Below, in pieces: positions 35,733 to 36,968 of a stretch of DNA of 36,968 nt (within the stretch, counting starts at the first letter, position 1; the number at the start of each line of letters is the position of its first letter). The translations under genes were made by a program, and so were the position numbers. The stretch is from the IMG/VR virus record IMGVR_UViG_2737471838_000003, positions 1-36,968 of that record. One strand, given 5' to 3'. The notes beneath the pieces are model-generated. The model saw nothing but the letters and a program-made list of their open reading frames with translations, did not search any database and was not told the DNA's origin. Source of the DNA: a virus. Taxonomy: Duplodnaviria > Heunggongvirae > Uroviricota > Caudoviricetes.

Positions 35733-36968
35733 ATGTCTAAATTACCAACAGGTGTCGAGATTAGAGGTAGAAACATTCGCATCTGGTTCATGTTTCGAGG
35801 AAAACGATGTCGGGAAACATTAAAAGGCTGGGAGATTACAAACAGTAATATTAAAAAGGCCGGAAATTTAAGAGCGCTGATAGTTCATGAAATAAACTCC
35901 GGTGAATTTGAGTATTTAAGACGTTTTCCCCAGTCCAGCACTGGGGCAAAAATGGTGACAACGAGAGTCATAAAAACGTTCGGGGAGCTTTGTGATATCT
36001 GGACAAAAATTAAAGAGACAGAGTTAACAACAAACACAATGAAGAAAACGAAATCACAATTAAAAACACTCAGAATAATAATTTGTGAAAGTACCCCGAT
36101 ATCATATATTCGTTATAGCGATATCTTAAACTACCGGAATGAACTGCTGCATGGAGAAACGCTTTACCTGGATAATCCAAGATCCAACAAAAAAGGAAGA
36201 ACCGTGCGCACAGTTGATAACTATATCGCCCTGCTCTGTTCGCTGTTACGTTTTGCGTATCAGTCGGGATTTATATCAACCAAACCATTTGAAGGAGTAA
36301 AAAAATTACAGCGAAACAGAATAAAGCCTGACCCGTTATCTAAAACAGAATTCAATGCATTAATGGAAAGTGAAAAAGGACAGAGCCAAAACTTGTGGAA
36401 ATTTGCCGTTTACTCCGGGCTTCGTCACGGGGAACTGGCAGCTCTGGCGTGGGAGGATGTGGATTTCGAGAAGGGAATTGTGAATGTCAGAAGAAACCTG
36501 ACGATACTTGATATGTTCGGTCCCCCAAAAACAAATGCCGGGATCCGGACGGTAACATTACTACAGCCAGCTCTTGAAGCACTGAAGGAGCAATACAAAC
36601 TGACCGGGCATCATCGCAAAAGCGAAATCACTTTTTATCATCGGGAGTACGGCAGAACCGAAAAGCAAAAACTGCATTTTGTTTTCATGCCCAGGATGTG
36701 TAACGGAAAACAGAAACCTTATTACTCGGTAAGCAGTTTGGGTGCGAGATGGAATGCAGCAGTAAAACGTGCTGGTATTCGCCGCCGTAATCCGTACCAT
36801 ACGCGACATACTTTTGCCTGCTGGCTGTTGACGGCAGGAGCGAACCCGGCATTTATAGCCAGCCAGATGGGGCATGAAACTGCGCAGATGGTGTATGAAA
36901 TTTACGGTATGTGGATTGATGACATGAACGACGAACAGGTAGCTATGTTGAATGCGCGGTTATCGTAG
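35733..36968 (+). CDS. int: Tyrosine-type site-specific integrase (Rac IntR-like)
   Basis: 411 aa ending at the window edge with a TAG stop; C-terminal catalytic region with R...HxxR...Y context (…NPYHTRHTFACWLLTAGANPAFIASQMGHETAQMVYEIYGMW…). Confidence 0.9.
   Translation: MSKLPTGVEIRGRNIRIWFMFRGKRCRETLKGWEITNSNIKKAGNLRALIVHEINSGEFEYLRRFPQSSTGAKMVTTRVIKTFGELCDIWTKIKETELTTNTMKKTKSQLKTLRIIICESTPISYIRYSDILNYRNELLHGETLYLDNPRSNKKGRTVRTVDNYIALLCSLLRFAYQSGFISTKPFEGVKKLQRNRIKPDPLSKTEFNALMESEKGQSQNLWKFAVYSGLRHGELAALAWEDVDFEKGIVNVRRNLTILDMFGPPKTNAGIRTVTLLQPALEALKEQYKLTGHHRKSEITFYHREYGRTEKQKLHFVFMPRMCNGKQKPYYSVSSLGARWNAAVKRAGIRRRNPYHTRHTFACWLLTAGANPAFIASQMGHETAQMVYEIYGMWIDDMNDEQVAMLNARLS

Noticed and set aside
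1-36968. CRISPR arrays, IS elements or transposase genes
   Set aside because: No regularly spaced short direct repeats and no ORF with transposase-like features were seen; the rearrangements look like simple deletions rather than IS-mediated events.

Overview
This window is a defective, mosaic lambdoid prophage of the E. coli Rac/lambda type, shown in reverse orientation to the lambda map. All homology calls rest on reading the supplied translations against remembered protein families; no searches were run. Right to left on the minus strand: O/P-like replication genes (DnaC-like loader), a nin region, Q-like antiterminator, a late region with an AraC-family regulator and a tRNA-Arg(UCU), a lysis cassette, cos plus Nu1, then lambda-like A, H, M, L, K, I, J, side tail fibre and tfa. 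A and H are fused by a deletion that removes all head and tail-shaft genes, and J is fused out of frame to the tail fibre gene, so the element cannot make virions. The plus strand carries bor, a DUF1398 gene, a CI-like repressor and a Rac-like early-left operon (kilR, ydaE, racC, recE, recT, a truncated ralR-like gene, xis, int). The most interesting part is an AT-rich cargo island at about 20850-26050 between the replication genes and the nin genes. It holds an AAA+ ATPase plus subtilisin-like S8 protease operon (IetAS-like defence architecture), a convergent two-gene cassette of unknown function (72-aa protein plus 3-TM membrane protein), and an unannotated hok-like toxin ORF. The two-gene cassette is the best candidate for an undescribed exclusion or defence module, but that is inference from context only. 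A YadA/Eib-like trimeric autotransporter adhesin sits beyond the tail fibre genes at the left edge.
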